Notes: generated by a model from the sequence alone, not told the origin. A DNA stretch of 64,000 bases from Camelus ferus (GCF_009834535.1 NC_045697.1:103852001-103916000); one strand, 5' to 3'. Counted from the stretch's first letter, positions 50,037 to 61,900 are shown. Translations and numbers: made by a program.

Positions 50037-50159
50037 ATTTTAACGTTCTGGGAATGTTGTAGGCGCGGCGGCGGTGTGGAGCGCTGGGCCGTTGCTTCCG
50101 GAGAGAGTGCGCACAATTCCCTGCTGAGAGTAATGTGTGCCTTTTACTTGCAATTGCAG
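49690..50159 (+). other. POU4F2: POU4F2 intron (470 nt, GT-AG)
   Basis: Donor gtgcgt; acceptor ccttttacttgcaattgcag; splicing restores the POU-IV box ACLPTPP|SNIFGGLDESLLARAEAL. Confidence 0.95.
49980..50030. repeat. (TTA)17 microsatellite in the intron
   Basis: Seen directly. Confidence 0.95.
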
Positions 50160-51101
50160 AGCAATATATTCGGCGGGCTGGATGAGAGTCTGCTGGCCCG
50201 CGCCGAGGCTCTGGCGGCGGTGGATATCGTCTCCCAGAGCAAGAGCCACCACCATCACCCGCCCCACCACAGCCCCTTCAAGCCGGACGCCACTTACCAC
50301 ACCATGAATACCATCCCGTGTACGTCGGCTGCCTCCTCTTCGTCGGTGCCCATCTCGCACCCGTCTGCGCTGGCAAGCACGCACCACCACCACCATCACC
50401 ACCACCATCACCACCATCAGCCGCATCAGGCACTTGAAGGCGAGCTGCTGGAGCATCTGAGTCCCGGGCTGGCTCTGGGTGCTATGGCGGGCCCCGACGG
50501 CGCCGTGGTGTCCACTCCAGCTCACGCGCCGCACATGGCTACCATGAACCCCATGCACCAAGCTGCGCTCAGCATGGCCCATGCACACGGGCTGCCCTCA
50601 CATATGGGCTGCATGAGCGACGTGGACGCCGACCCCCGGGACCTGGAGGCATTCGCCGAGCGCTTCAAGCAGCGACGTATCAAGCTGGGGGTGACCCAGG
50701 CCGATGTGGGCTCCGCGCTAGCCAACCTCAAGATCCCCGGCGTGGGCTCGCTTAGCCAGAGCACCATCTGCAGGTTCGAGTCCCTCACGTTGTCTCACAA
50801 CAATATGATCGCCCTCAAACCCATCCTGCAAGCGTGGCTAGAGGAGGCTGAGAAGTCTCACCGCGAGAAGCTCACCAAGCCGGAGCTCTTCAACGGCGCG
50901 GAGAAGAAGCGCAAGCGCACGTCCATTGCGGCGCCGGAGAAGCGCTCGCTCGAAGCCTACTTCGCCATCCAGCCGCGGCCCTCCTCCGAGAAGATCGCCG
51001 CCATCGCGGAGAAGCTGGACCTTAAGAAAAACGTGGTGCGCGTCTGGTTCTGCAACCAGAGGCAGAAACAGAAAAGAATGAAATATTCCGCGGGCATTTA
51101 G
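50133..51101 (+). CDS. POU4F2: Short isoform Brn3b(s), 322 aa, starting at an intronic ATG
   Basis: In-frame ATG gives MCAFYLQLQ-SNIFGG; matches the short isoform N-terminus I recall from rodents. Confidence 0.65.
   Translation: MCAFYLQLQSNIFGGLDESLLARAEALAAVDIVSQSKSHHHHPPHHSPFKPDATYHTMNTIPCTSAASSSSVPISHPSALASTHHHHHHHHHHHHQPHQALEGELLEHLSPGLALGAMAGPDGAVVSTPAHAPHMATMNPMHQAALSMAHAHGLPSHMGCMSDVDADPRDLEAFAERFKQRRIKLGVTQADVGSALANLKIPGVGSLSQSTICRFESLTLSHNNMIALKPILQAWLEEAEKSHREKLTKPELFNGAEKKRKRTSIAAPEKRSLEAYFAIQPRPSSEKIAAIAEKLDLKKNVVRVWFCNQRQKQKRMKYSAGI
50160..51101 (+). CDS. POU4F2: POU4F2 coding exon 2 (313 aa plus stop): His12 tract, POU-specific domain, homeodomain
   Basis: His12 at 50382-50417; DPRDLEAFAERFKQRRIKLGVTQADVG from about 50619; KKRKRTSIAAPEKRSL...VRVWFCNQRQKQKRMKYSAGI-TAG. 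The KYSAGI ending distinguishes it from POU4F1/F3. Confidence 0.98.
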   Translation, partial: SNIFGGLDESLLARAEALAAVDIVSQSKSHHHHPPHHSPFKPDATYHTMNTIPCTSAASSSSVPISHPSALASTHHHHHHHHHHHHQPHQALEGELLEHLSPGLALGAMAGPDGAVVSTPAHAPHMATMNPMHQAALSMAHAHGLPSHMGCMSDVDADPRDLEAFAERFKQRRIKLGVTQADVGSALANLKIPGVGSLSQSTICRFESLTLSHNNMIALKPILQAWLEEAEKSHREKLTKPELFNGAEKKRKRTSIAAPEKRSLEAYFAIQPRPSSEKIAAIAEKLDLKKNVVRVWFCNQRQKQKRMKYSAGI

Positions 51102-52812
51102 GAGACCCATGGCCTCTCCAGAGACAGGCCCCTCCTCACCTCTTTTTCTCTCTCTCTTTTGCCTCTTTTCTTTCCACTTTCCGCGATCAAAAACAAGTCC
51201 AGTGAATGTGAATCCAGAGAAAGCGAGGATTGGAGAGCGAGCGAACAAGCGAGCAACTGAGCCCAAGACCGGTGAGAATGTGAAAGGATTTCTCAAAGGA
51301 AAGAAAAACAAAAGAAGGGATTTGTCAAGTTGTAGCAAAGGTGTCCCTTTCGACCCCACCCCACCCGGAGAAGGCACGTTGGCCTCTTCACAGGAAGTCT
51401 GGAGCTGGCTGTTTGCAGGAAGGCAGACGAGACAGCCTTTTAAAAGGCCCCCAGAATGATCAAGTAAGATTTGTTTTTATTCCTAAAGACATCACCCTTG
51501 TTCAAGTTTAAAAGTACACTTTGCAGCTATTTTTCAGAAATAGAAATTGATTCAGGACTGAAACTTTAAACTAGAGTTGATGCTTAATGTGATAGAGACA
51601 TCTCTAAAGTATTTTGAATTTTAAAAAAAGATGGCAGATTTTCTGCATTTACACTGTATATTATATATATATTTTTATTGTGGTTCCTACCCCCTCTTTC
51701 CTTCTCTGAAGTGTTAATGCTTAAGAAAGGAGTTGCGCCTGCTGTGTTCACTGATCTTGAAAGCTATTATTAGATTATTGCTGAACAACCCTCTGTAAAT
51801 TATTAATTTATCTCTCTAGCAACTTAATTTGTGCACATTCTAATTAATTAAACTTCTTTAGTCTTAAAAATGGGGGTAAAGTATGGCTAGTGAAGTTAAA
51901 TTTTTTTTATGTTTGATAAGTTTACTGAATTTTTACAGCTTTCCTCTTACACTGTATTCCTTTTAGCCCATTTGTATATTCTCACTTTGAATGAAGATTG
52001 TTTTTCCTTTGTTTTTACTGGTAGTGTTCTGATTTGTGAGTCGACACTCAGTAATGGACGTCTTAATCGTGTAGACCTGATTCACTGTCCAAAGTATTGT
52101 TTACTTCGTTACATATTTAATGGGGATTCCCACATTGTCCCTGCTACACACGCGCTCTCTCACTCACCTTTACACACACACACACACAGGCACACGTACA
52201 CACACCTCTAATTAAAGAGAAGAACTCAAGCAGTTGGAAGCATGACTGTGATGCATCATTTTCTAGCTTTAGGTGCATTTGTCACTTGGTGTTTGCCTTT
52301 CCAGATTCTAAGATTTCACCAAGGTATTTCAGTCTTCTAGTTTTCAATTGCTTTGTTGACTACATTTTAACATTTACAAGAATCCTTCAGTTTTTCCTTT
52401 TGGAGGTTTGTTTGTAGAAAAACTAATTTGAACTATAAGAAAAGACAGTGCACTGCTTGTAAATTCACATTGTTTGGTAGAATTCTTTTGGAACAAAAAA
52501 AAATTAGGTACGTGATGACTGGTACCTAATCTATTGTAAATAGTTCATTCAAAATGCACATTATAGATATATTCTTACAAATTTTGCTGTATTGCTGTTC
52601 CCTTTAAGGCTCTCCGAAGTGTTGAGTTCTGTATATGACCTGGTTTCTTGTTTTTGTTAATAGATGGTTTATTTACTATGGTAATGTATTAACTTATTTT
52701 TGGTGTTGTTTGATTGTCTTTCATTGAAAAGATGATTTTAATGTTTTATTGGCAAAGTATGCTGCTTTTTTCATTAAAATATGCTATTAAAATTAAATGG
52801 CTTCTAAAATGT
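51102..52812 (+). other. POU4F2: POU4F2 3' UTR (AU-rich)
   Basis: From the stop codon to the ATTAAA cluster; 3' end inferred. Confidence 0.75.
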
Positions 52813-52825
52813 GATGTTGTTTTTA
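52773..52825 (+). terminator. Polyadenylation signal cluster
   Basis: ATTAAA at 52773, 52786 and 52792, followed by GU-rich gtgatgttgttttt. Confidence 0.7.
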
Positions 52826-54249
52826 ATCATTTGCATGGGAATTATTTTGATGGGAGATTTTTTAAAAGCAGAAACACATTTGATGGTTTATTATGGACTG
52901 GTTGTTGTCAAAGTCTGACTTGGATTTAGTAGGAGATGTTTCTCTCGGAAAGTATAAAAGAAGAGAGTTTAGAATAGCCTTCTAATAGCCAGAGCTCATC
53001 TCAGGGGTGCTTTGCTTTTCTGCCTAGATGAGATCACAGTATTTGGCTCTGGCTACCTCCCTTAGATTCCTTTCTCTAGATCTGAAAAATTCTGCAAAGA
53101 AAATCTTTGTGAGCAGAGATATTGCTTGGGTAAAAGGAAGAAAGGAACTCAGTTCAGTTATCAGTAGCAATGGGAGACTGGGTGTGGCAAGAGTCAAGGC
53201 CTGGTTAGGGGAGTAAGACACCTTGATTGAGGCCTAGGAGCTGACCCACCATAGTTCTCAATTCAGTTACCACTCCTGGAGAGCAGTGCCCCAAAGCCAG
53301 AGCAGGAAGCATTTGGGTTACTGAATTACAAATTGAAGCATCTCTCTCTCTCTCCCACTCTCTCCATTTCCATGATCTTTAAGGAAACTCACATTCTGCA
53401 ATAGGCAGAATAGGGCTGAGGAAGAAATCCTGGGTGTTAAAAGGAGCAAAATTTTGTCCCCTTTCTATGACTCACCCAGACACCAGAGTTGGTGGAAGTC
53501 TGTCTACTGGTAGTTTGGCAAAGTAATTCTGCCCATTTGATACACTGAGTTTTCTTTTTCTGATCTTAGTTTAAAGGATACTCACTAATTTTAATAATTT
53601 TCAGACTTCCTACAACAGTTGGGCAACATATTAAATTTTCAAAGTTTTCTTCAGGAAAACTCTGATTTAGATATTTACATTATTAATAATGAGAACATCA
53701 TATTAATCTATAGGTCCTACAGGAGGGAGGAGCCAGGCCATCCTCCACAGGTAATTCTGCTAACCTGAGCTCTTACCCCTCTAATATGAATCTGTCTTGG
53801 AATATTTCTTATTTTGAGGATGAGATTAGGAAATAGCCCACAAGTCAGTGAAAATTTTTATAAGGGTTCATGTTGGGATTAAATGTTATTGGAAAATTGA
53901 TTATGATTTCCAGGTGTAACAAAAAGAGTTGTGGAAGTTGGATGGATAATGGGTGGAGGGACTTCCTTCTCTACCGCTGAAATAAAAAGGACTCCTGAAA
54001 AAACAAAATCCATATGTCCATTTAGAAATAATGATATACATTGCATAGACAGCTAAGAAAATACAGAAAGTTGTGAAAATTTAAAAGAAAGAATTGTAAC
54101 TTCATATATACTGATAGTGATGGTTTAATTCTATTTCTCTGTTTAGGAGGCCGAATGTCCCTTCTCCCACTTTACCCCCTGTTATTAGACTCAGTTTTCC
54201 TAAGTCTTTTCAAAGAGCCAGCCCCCAATCTCATTGTATGGGATACTGT

Positions 54250-54270
54250 TTCAGCACCACGGATAGTAAC
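54250..54270 (+). promoter_or_regulatory. RE1/NRSE (REST binding site), downstream of the gene
   Basis: TTCAGCACCACGGATAGTAAC, 17/21 to consensus with the first 14 nt perfect. Confidence 0.75.
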
Positions 54271-56627
54271 CACAGACTCAGTCTTGTTCCAACAACACAT
54301 TTGACCCTGCAGATCTAGCTAGTTGGAGAACTTTCTGCTTGCTTAGTTTTTCTGGAGTGGAGAAAGTGAATTAAATAGCTTGAATGTGTAACAAATCAGG
54401 CTTTCTGATCTAGGATAAAAATTATCTTCAATAAGTAACTCCTCCTCCTTCCCACATGTGGCTGTTAGCTAAGGGTCTAGGAAATGTATGTTAGGAGGGA
54501 GGAGAGTCAGGGAGGAGAGAGAGGTGCATGCTTGTGTTTTCTTTCTACAGATATGACATCTTTAACTGAAGTGAGAAATCCTGTAAAAATAGTTGAAATT
54601 GAGAAATACAATGGATAGAAATAAAATAGGTGTTCTTTTTAGTGCATTTTGAGATGTATGGTAGCTTGCATGTATGCATGTTTGTCCTAGATTTTTGTGA
54701 GGAAAGTGACAGAAAAGCAACTATCCATTTACTTCAACAGTTGAGAGTGAAGCCCTATATCCTCCCCATCCCAACCACATTCACCAAGTGTTCTTTGTCT
54801 CCTGTGTTCCTGGACTTTTAAAACTGTATCACACTCTAAGTTCCTCTTCCTTATGTTCTTACAAGGGATAGAAAAAAAAACTTTCTTTACTACGAGATAA
54901 TAATTATATCCATTATTCAAGCCTGCTTAAATGTGTCTGTTTTATGGGGAAAGAAGAATTTTAAAAAGAAATGTATTCTGAAAGTTTCTATTAATGCTAG
55001 TTGCAAAACATACCAAAACAAACCATAGAGATTTGGAGAGAAGAGGATTGGTCTTAAAGAAGAAATTAAAGGTAAGGCTAGAGGAAACTGTGTATATATT
55101 GTTGAGAAATATCCATTTGATACTGGCTTTCAAAACACTCAGATGGATAAATAGCAAACTGTGGCTGAAGGTACTTGTCATATCAATCAAATCCATTGGC
55201 ATTCATGACTCATTTCCTAAATTTCCCCCTTCAAGGTTCACAATTACTATTTTATTCCAAAAAGATCTTTTATGAATTGACTTAGCAGCATGTCTAGTCT
55301 TCCTTATTTTGATGTTGCAGAACTATATAATTTGTTTTCTTTTAACTTCTTTAAAGGCAAATGATCCAATCTTTTTGTTCAAAGTAGAATCATTTAAGTG
55401 TAAGCCGGAAGGGAATAAGCGACTAATAGCAAAGATCATGTAAGGCCTGGTTGATATCTAAGTACTGTTTACACCAATTGGGTTATAATATTATCTGGAA
55501 AAAGTGCAATTTTCTTTAGATGTTTGTCATTAAATCAGTTGGTCAGCTCTTTATAGATTGTTTCATTGACACAGAGCTGAGGAAAAATAGTGGAACTATG
55601 AAAAAGCAAATGAAATAATTAGGATTTTCTGTCAATGTAACACTTTCCTATTTTCTATACAATGTATTTTAAAAATAAATAACAATAAGTAACTAAATCC
55701 TTTGGCTATCAAAGACATATTTTGTGACTCTCTTTGGAGTTCTGGAGGTAAAAATGCTTTACTTTATACTTTAAATGAATCATTTCATTTTGATCTATCT
55801 AGTGGGGAAGTGCTTGAGGAGATAGTGGAAAAGGCATTTAGAAATTCACTTGATTTTAAAAGGCATAAAGGGATAAAGGGATAAAGCTCAAATTTTTCTA
55901 TGCAAGCTATGACGTTAAGTTTATAGATTCATCTTTTCAATTGTTTGGCAAAAACAATTTTTATCTCTAGGTAAATGGTCCACGTTAGAACTTTAAACTC
56001 CACTTGATTTTTCAGTTGGCCTTGAAGGGAGGGGCTACAACAGAAGGAACAAAAAGTTGGATTGGTATCCTGATAGGATAAAAAAGGAAGACAAAGGTTC
56101 CTGGATAGTTATGATGATAAAAATGTTCCTGAAGTCTACATTTGTCAGGAGACAGATTTATGACAATGAGAAAAAAAATCACTAAATTTTGCCTGCTTTG
56201 CCCCTTTAAAGGAGCCATTCCTAGTCCTGAAAGGCTATTATGAGCGAATTAATAAATTACACAGCGAATTATTAAATCCAGATAATTACAAGGAATAAGT
56301 AAGTAATCATTAGTTATCTCAGCTAATTACTGTGGGTCACAGCCAGCCGGAATGTGAAATCCTCCTCGGGAATTGAAATTAACTTTGCACAGTGAGTCTC
56401 TCTGCTTGACATCCCCAGTCTGTAGGCACATGGCAGCTCCCTTGTGAGCCAGTCTTTCTATTTAACTTGGAGAGAATAGAAATAAAATTAAGTGGCGATG
56501 TGATAATAGGGAGCTGCTCACAAAGCAAACTGTGGGTTTTATTCTGCCTGGAGATGAAAAGCTTTATTTACACCAGTTTCAAAAAATGTTGAAGCACCCT
56601 TGTTGAGACAGGCTTCCGGAATACACA

Positions 56628-56746
56628 ACACACACACACACACACACACACACACCCCTACAGTCGTCTGGTGTGACAGATTAGTAGCACATAAAGAAGG
56701 CTCAAGAAGAACAAACGTTTTGAGGTGTGTGTGTGTGTGTGTGTGT
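56628..56746. repeat. Facing (CA)n and (GT)n microsatellites
   Basis: (AC)n at 56628-56655 and (GT)n at 56725-56746. Confidence 0.9.
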
Positions 56747-58049
56747 CTGTGTTGGGGGTGCAGCAGTGAGAAAGAAAGAAATAAAATGAAAATATGACTC
56801 TTTGCTTTCATCCCACATAGTGGAAAGGCTGTCGAAAAGTGTAGCTTGGTCTTATAATCTGTTTGTTTTGTTTGGGTAACAATATACTTTCATCTTGCCA
56901 CAGGAAAAACCACCTTAGTGCAAATGTTGTCTCTCGTTGATCTTTCGCCAGATGCTTCAAGAACTGATGTCACCTTTTTTCCCCATATAGCATCACTTTC
57001 TGAAGCCAGTCTCTAATACCCTTCTCCCCCTTCAACTTCCCCCACCCCCAGGCCTTCTCAAAGAGCAGAGAAGACAGCCAAGCCTGGTGCCTGTTGGAAA
57101 GTAGAAAATGTATCTGTGTGATAAACTGTATTTATCACAGGGCTGGGAAAGACTGGACATACGAAGAAAACTGCTGTTAATATATTAAAATGAGGGGGGA
57201 AATCTAAGAGCTTTTTTTTTTTTTATCAATTGCAATTAGATGGACAGTCTTTCCGCTCATTCCTTGCTCTAGTCTGGGATGATAATAAAAATTTAATGAA
57301 GCCTGGGACGAGCAGAGAGCTCTGTCTAGGGACCGTGGAATAGAATATTTTAACTGTACATTTATACCAACTGTCTGGCTTCAAAGACGTGACTGCTTTT
57401 AATCTCGAATTAGAAAACCACAGACTTGAAATTAAATATTAGATACCCTCGGATCCCCTTCCTTTCTGAAATATTGTCACGACTCTGTTTTCCTCCACTG
57501 GCCCGTAACACACATATCGTAGGTCTCCAATTACATTTCCGTGAATAATAGATGGCTTTGATAGGGTGCAGTATTCTGGTGCTTTTGTTTTTTTTTTTTA
57601 ATAGAGTTAATGCAATATTAATTGGCTGTAGATGTTATAAGAATGCATAGCCCCCTTTTCAGGAACAAATCGATGACATAGGGATGAGAGAGAGCACCAA
57701 GGCGAAAGCTTTTCCCAGCCTAGGTCACTTCTTTGTGGAGGGGACATTCTTAGAGCTTTGGGTAAGTGAAGGGGCGCCTTAAGTTCCGAGACCCCGGCTG
57801 CCTGGTCTCGGCAGCCTGGAGAGAGGACTACCGGTAAGGGCGGAGGTAGAAAAAGAACAGTGAGTGTGAGAAGCAGGACCTGGGGACAGCGACCACTGAG
57901 AAGCTTTCCTCGCTTTTCAAGGCTGAGGCTTCTCACCCGCCTGGTCGGTTCTGGCTGTGGGAAGACATCAGGATCTTTGCACCCACCCTCTGGCTTACCA
58001 TCACTTGGTACCCGCTGGCCTTGATGTGCCTGCAAGCCTCAACTTCCCC

Positions 58050-58950
58050 CTGCTCCAGGTCGGGGTGCACGTTGGTGAGAACCTGGTTGGGAGAGGGTGA
58101 GTGTTAAGGTCCATCGCGCTGGGTTTTGGGGAGGCGAGCCGCCCTCCGCGCTGGACGAGCTCGCCCCGGCCCCGCGTGCCCCTAGAGCCCGGGGGAGCAG
58201 GCGCCTTGCCAGGCGCGCCGCCGGGAACCCGCGAGAATGAGAGGCCTGGGCGCTTCACCCCCTTGCATTTTACTAATCACATCTATTTAAATTCTAGCGC
58301 GGTCCGCCGCGCTCTCACCGGGAAAGCTCTGGAGAACTGGACCCATCAATTATTCTGAAAAAATCCCAGACTACGTGAGGCTTCCAGCCTGCGGGAGGGA
58401 GGCGGCGGGAGGAGGTGGAGAACCTAGCCCCAACCCCTCTCCCCTCCTCTCCACCCTCCCCAGCGCGGATCCCTTGGTGTACACTTAACTTCAGGCTTGT
58501 GGGGCCCAAGGGAGCGCCTGCGCCTTCTGAGGGTCTGCGCTCTCTGAACCGGGAGGGGACCTGGCCTCGATTTGCCTTCCATCCTCGTGGAAAGGTTTCA
58601 GTCCCGTGCAGCCAGAGGAGATGAATCAGTTTCCTGGGCTGCTACCCACTTCGGCATCGACCCCCACCCCTCACTTTTTGCCAGATCCCTAATGTGGGCC
58701 GAGTGGTTGAGGGCTGCTGGGCTTGGAGCAGTCTCTGCTCAGCCTTCCTTTGCGCCAAGGCCCTGCAAGGGCGAGACCTTGGGGACATTCTAGTTCAGAA
58801 GCCTTTTAGGAACCTCGATCTAAAGTCCTCTAGCACTCACCCCCACCCCCACCCCATTCAGGCTCCAGGATGCCCCGAGGCCGAGCAGCCAGCCGAGCGC
58901 GCAGCTGGACGCGCAAAAAAGAACGCGGTCGCTCTAAAGTAGGGGGGCGG
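58050..58950. promoter_or_regulatory. Downstream orphan CpG island
   Basis: CpG-dense (ggcgcgccgccggg, gcgcggtccgccgcgc, gagcgcgcag); no recognisable protein. Confidence 0.7.
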
Positions 58951-61900
58951 GTGAGCCTGGTTAGTAATTACTGCCCCCCCACCCCCACCCCCGCACTGTG
59001 TCTGCAGCCATTACTCCAGCTGTCACTCGGCGGAAAGCAAGAGCCCTTCCCCACCCCCAGACTTTGCTGTAGCTAAGAGAAGCCCCCCTCACCCTCTCAT
59101 AGTGTCTGAGTTGTGATTCTTAAATTTTTGTTATAATTTTTCAAAAATAGTTCTTCCTTCCTCTTTCCCTTAACCTTCCCATCTTCTGGACCCTGGGAGG
59201 GTATTCAAAGTGTTATTTGTGTCTATTGATGATTTTTTAAAAATTTGATGGGTAGGTTCTCTTGTAGCTTCTAGGTCTCCCTGAATAATTTGAGGCAACA
59301 AGAAAATGAGAAGTATGTGTCCAATATTTTTTAAAGAAAGCCCACTGGCTTCTGGAATTCTTGTAAGATGTTGAAGTCGTCCTTTTAATCAATGGAGCAT
59401 GATTTAGGGGAAAAAAACACAAGTAATTGATGGATTTGTAAGTGATTGAAGGGCATAAATCGACACCCTTTGCATGAGTGGCTGGGGCAGTGCTTGTATT
59501 CTTGGAAGGCCTGTTGGACTCGGAGGATGCTGGGCTCGCTGGGAGATGGAGGGTTAACACACACAGAGCCAGAGAGTCCGACTTTTCCAGTGGGCCCCCA
59601 GGGCTTTGCTAAATGGCAGTCTGCATCTCTGTGCATTTTGGTTAAATGGGGTGGAGGCTCCCTGATTTCTAGAAACAGAGTAGGTCCTTGGTTTGTGGGG
59701 GTTATTGTCCTGGGTTTGCAAGGTGATGGAGGTGAAGGTGAGGGAGGGAGGGAATCCCTTTTGGAAAAAAAAAATCACTTTCAAGTTCCAAGTTCAACAG
59801 CAGTCTGGGGCCCAGATATGTAAGCGTAGATTTCACAGGAAGGCTCCTGACCCTTGCCAAGAATAGATGCCTTTTCTGCTCCAATCCTAGGTGAGCCTAA
59901 TCACTTTGCAGCGCAGGGGAGGCACACAGCCCGCCAGAGTACACGGAGCCTCCGCGGCCTTGGCCTGAAGCCACAGATCAGAAGAGAAGTGGCAACCCTC
60001 TACTTCATCTACGGCATCTTCCTCGCTACTGGTCATCTGGGTAACACACGCATAGATGGACATTCACAAACCAACACACAGGTAGACTCAGAGCCATTCC
60101 CTGAGGCCCGCGTGCCTTGGTGAAACTTTTCAAACTCACTCAAAGTCTCTCCTTCTTAGTCTTATCAAGACACGCGATTCGCCTGGGAAAGTGCTTGAGA
60201 CTCCGGGCGGCATGCCTTTTGTTAGTGCACCGCCGGGCTTTGACCTTCTGTTGGACACAGGTGTCTTTCCTTCACGCCCTGACTCTACACAGAGCTCGAA
60301 GACAGTGTCTCTGGAGCAGACCTCTGGCTGCAAAGTGGAAGCAGTCTGTGACTCCCAGGGAGGACGCGAGGACCCGGCCTGCCGCTGCGCTCCGAGGAGG
60401 TGGGAGGCTGGAATTAGATCAAGGGTTCCCTTGGGAATCAGGGTTCAGTGCTTCAGGCTCTGGGCTCTCCTGGACTTTGCGGCTTCCAGAGAGAGCAGCC
60501 TGGTTCACTGGTTTCAAGTTTCCTTTCAGTACCAGCTCTGAGGTTGTAACTAACAATGCCTGGACTGGCTAACTTTCCATCTCAAGACCTGGCAGTGCCC
60601 ACCTTTTCACCTGAAGCCAGAATGAAGGCACATGCTTTCTCCTCTCCCTCCAGGGTCTTTGGTCTTTGGGGAGGGCTGTGATTGGAGAAAAGACCCCAGC
60701 CCCTGGCTGCCCAGCTAGGACAGCCTGACTCCTTGAGAGGAAAGTCATTTTTTGAGGATGTGGAGTTCACATCCCTAAGTTAAGTCTCTAAATTCCACCA
60801 AAGGATCCTAAATGGATTAGATAAGAATCAGTTGGCAACTTGCACTTTTTTTTCATCAAGTTTTCACTTTGCAGCTCTGAGAGCTTTTAATTACAGTATT
60901 GTCAGAGAGGTTCATTCTTCCATTTCCTAAATCATTCCATTGATTTTATTCCCCTTATGCTGCTTTCTTTTTCAGTAAGACTCCCCTCCTCCCCGCTCCT
61001 GGGATTCACTCAGAATCTGGGAGATGAACAAGTGAAAAAAAGGGGGTGTGAGGGGGAGATGGGTAGTTAATATGAGATGATCTCTATCTTCCTCCAGGGA
61101 GAGGAAGAAAGGCACAGTGACCAGATGTGGTCACACCTGCCCTCTCCCTATCTTAGATAGTAACTGTGCAAAAGGGAAAGGGACATTATAATAAAATAGA
61201 AAAGGTGTGTTTTGGGGAACCAGCCCAGCTTCATCTGGTCAGGGATTCTCCATTTGTCCCGAGGAAAACTGGAAGCACGCAGGTAACTGGGAGTTAGTCT
61301 TGATACAATGCGTTCATTCGCTGTAAAGAAAATCACAAAGTTCCCTAAAGATGACACGAATTATCCCCTCTGGGCAGAAGGAAAAAGCGGGAAAATAAGC
61401 CAGTCAAGCTCTTGGAGCTGAATATGTGCCAAACATCACTTCCCGTTCTGAAAAGCTCAGCCACATGTCCTCTCGCAACCAACTGAGGTCAGAATTCTGC
61501 AGCCTTGTTACTAATTTTGCTATTAGTGTAGCTGTTTCATTTTTCAAAGTTAGTTTTTAACCATCTGATTCTACCATCTGTCTGAGGATCCAGGAGCCAG
61601 TGGACAGCAGAGGGGAGAAGGATGTTGCTCTCAGACAAAATGAGAGCTGAGTCTGCTCTTCCTACTTGCTCCCATTGCTACAGACTCCTACACTAGTGGG
61701 TTGAAGAAATGTCCAGTTGTTTCTAGCATGTCTTATCAGCACTGGAAGTGTGTGGGATTGGGGAAGAGGGTTGGAGGGAAGAGTAGACAGATTTAATGCA
61801 AGACAGGAACAATCGTATTTATTGTACCCCAATTTGAAACTACTTCATAACTCAGTCATGACGGTAAGAAGCATTCGTACTCTCCACCATTTAACTCTTG

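Larger units (their letters stand above)
47300..51100. promoter_or_regulatory. CpG island spanning the POU4F2 promoter and gene body
   Basis: High GC and CpG throughout, apart from part of the intron. Confidence 0.85.

Noticed and set aside
49728..51101. 457-aa single-exon ORF as the main gene model
   Set aside because: It starts at TTG in the intron; the canonical protein is spliced from exon 1. Kept only as a speculative isoform lead.
50040..51377. Antisense ORFs of 88-182 aa over exon 2
   Set aside because: Shadow frames of a GC-rich coding exon.
21877..58722. Shared 17-mer tggttgagggctgctgg in the LTR and the downstream island
   Set aside because: A single 17-mer match in 64 kb is compatible with chance, and the flanks do not extend.
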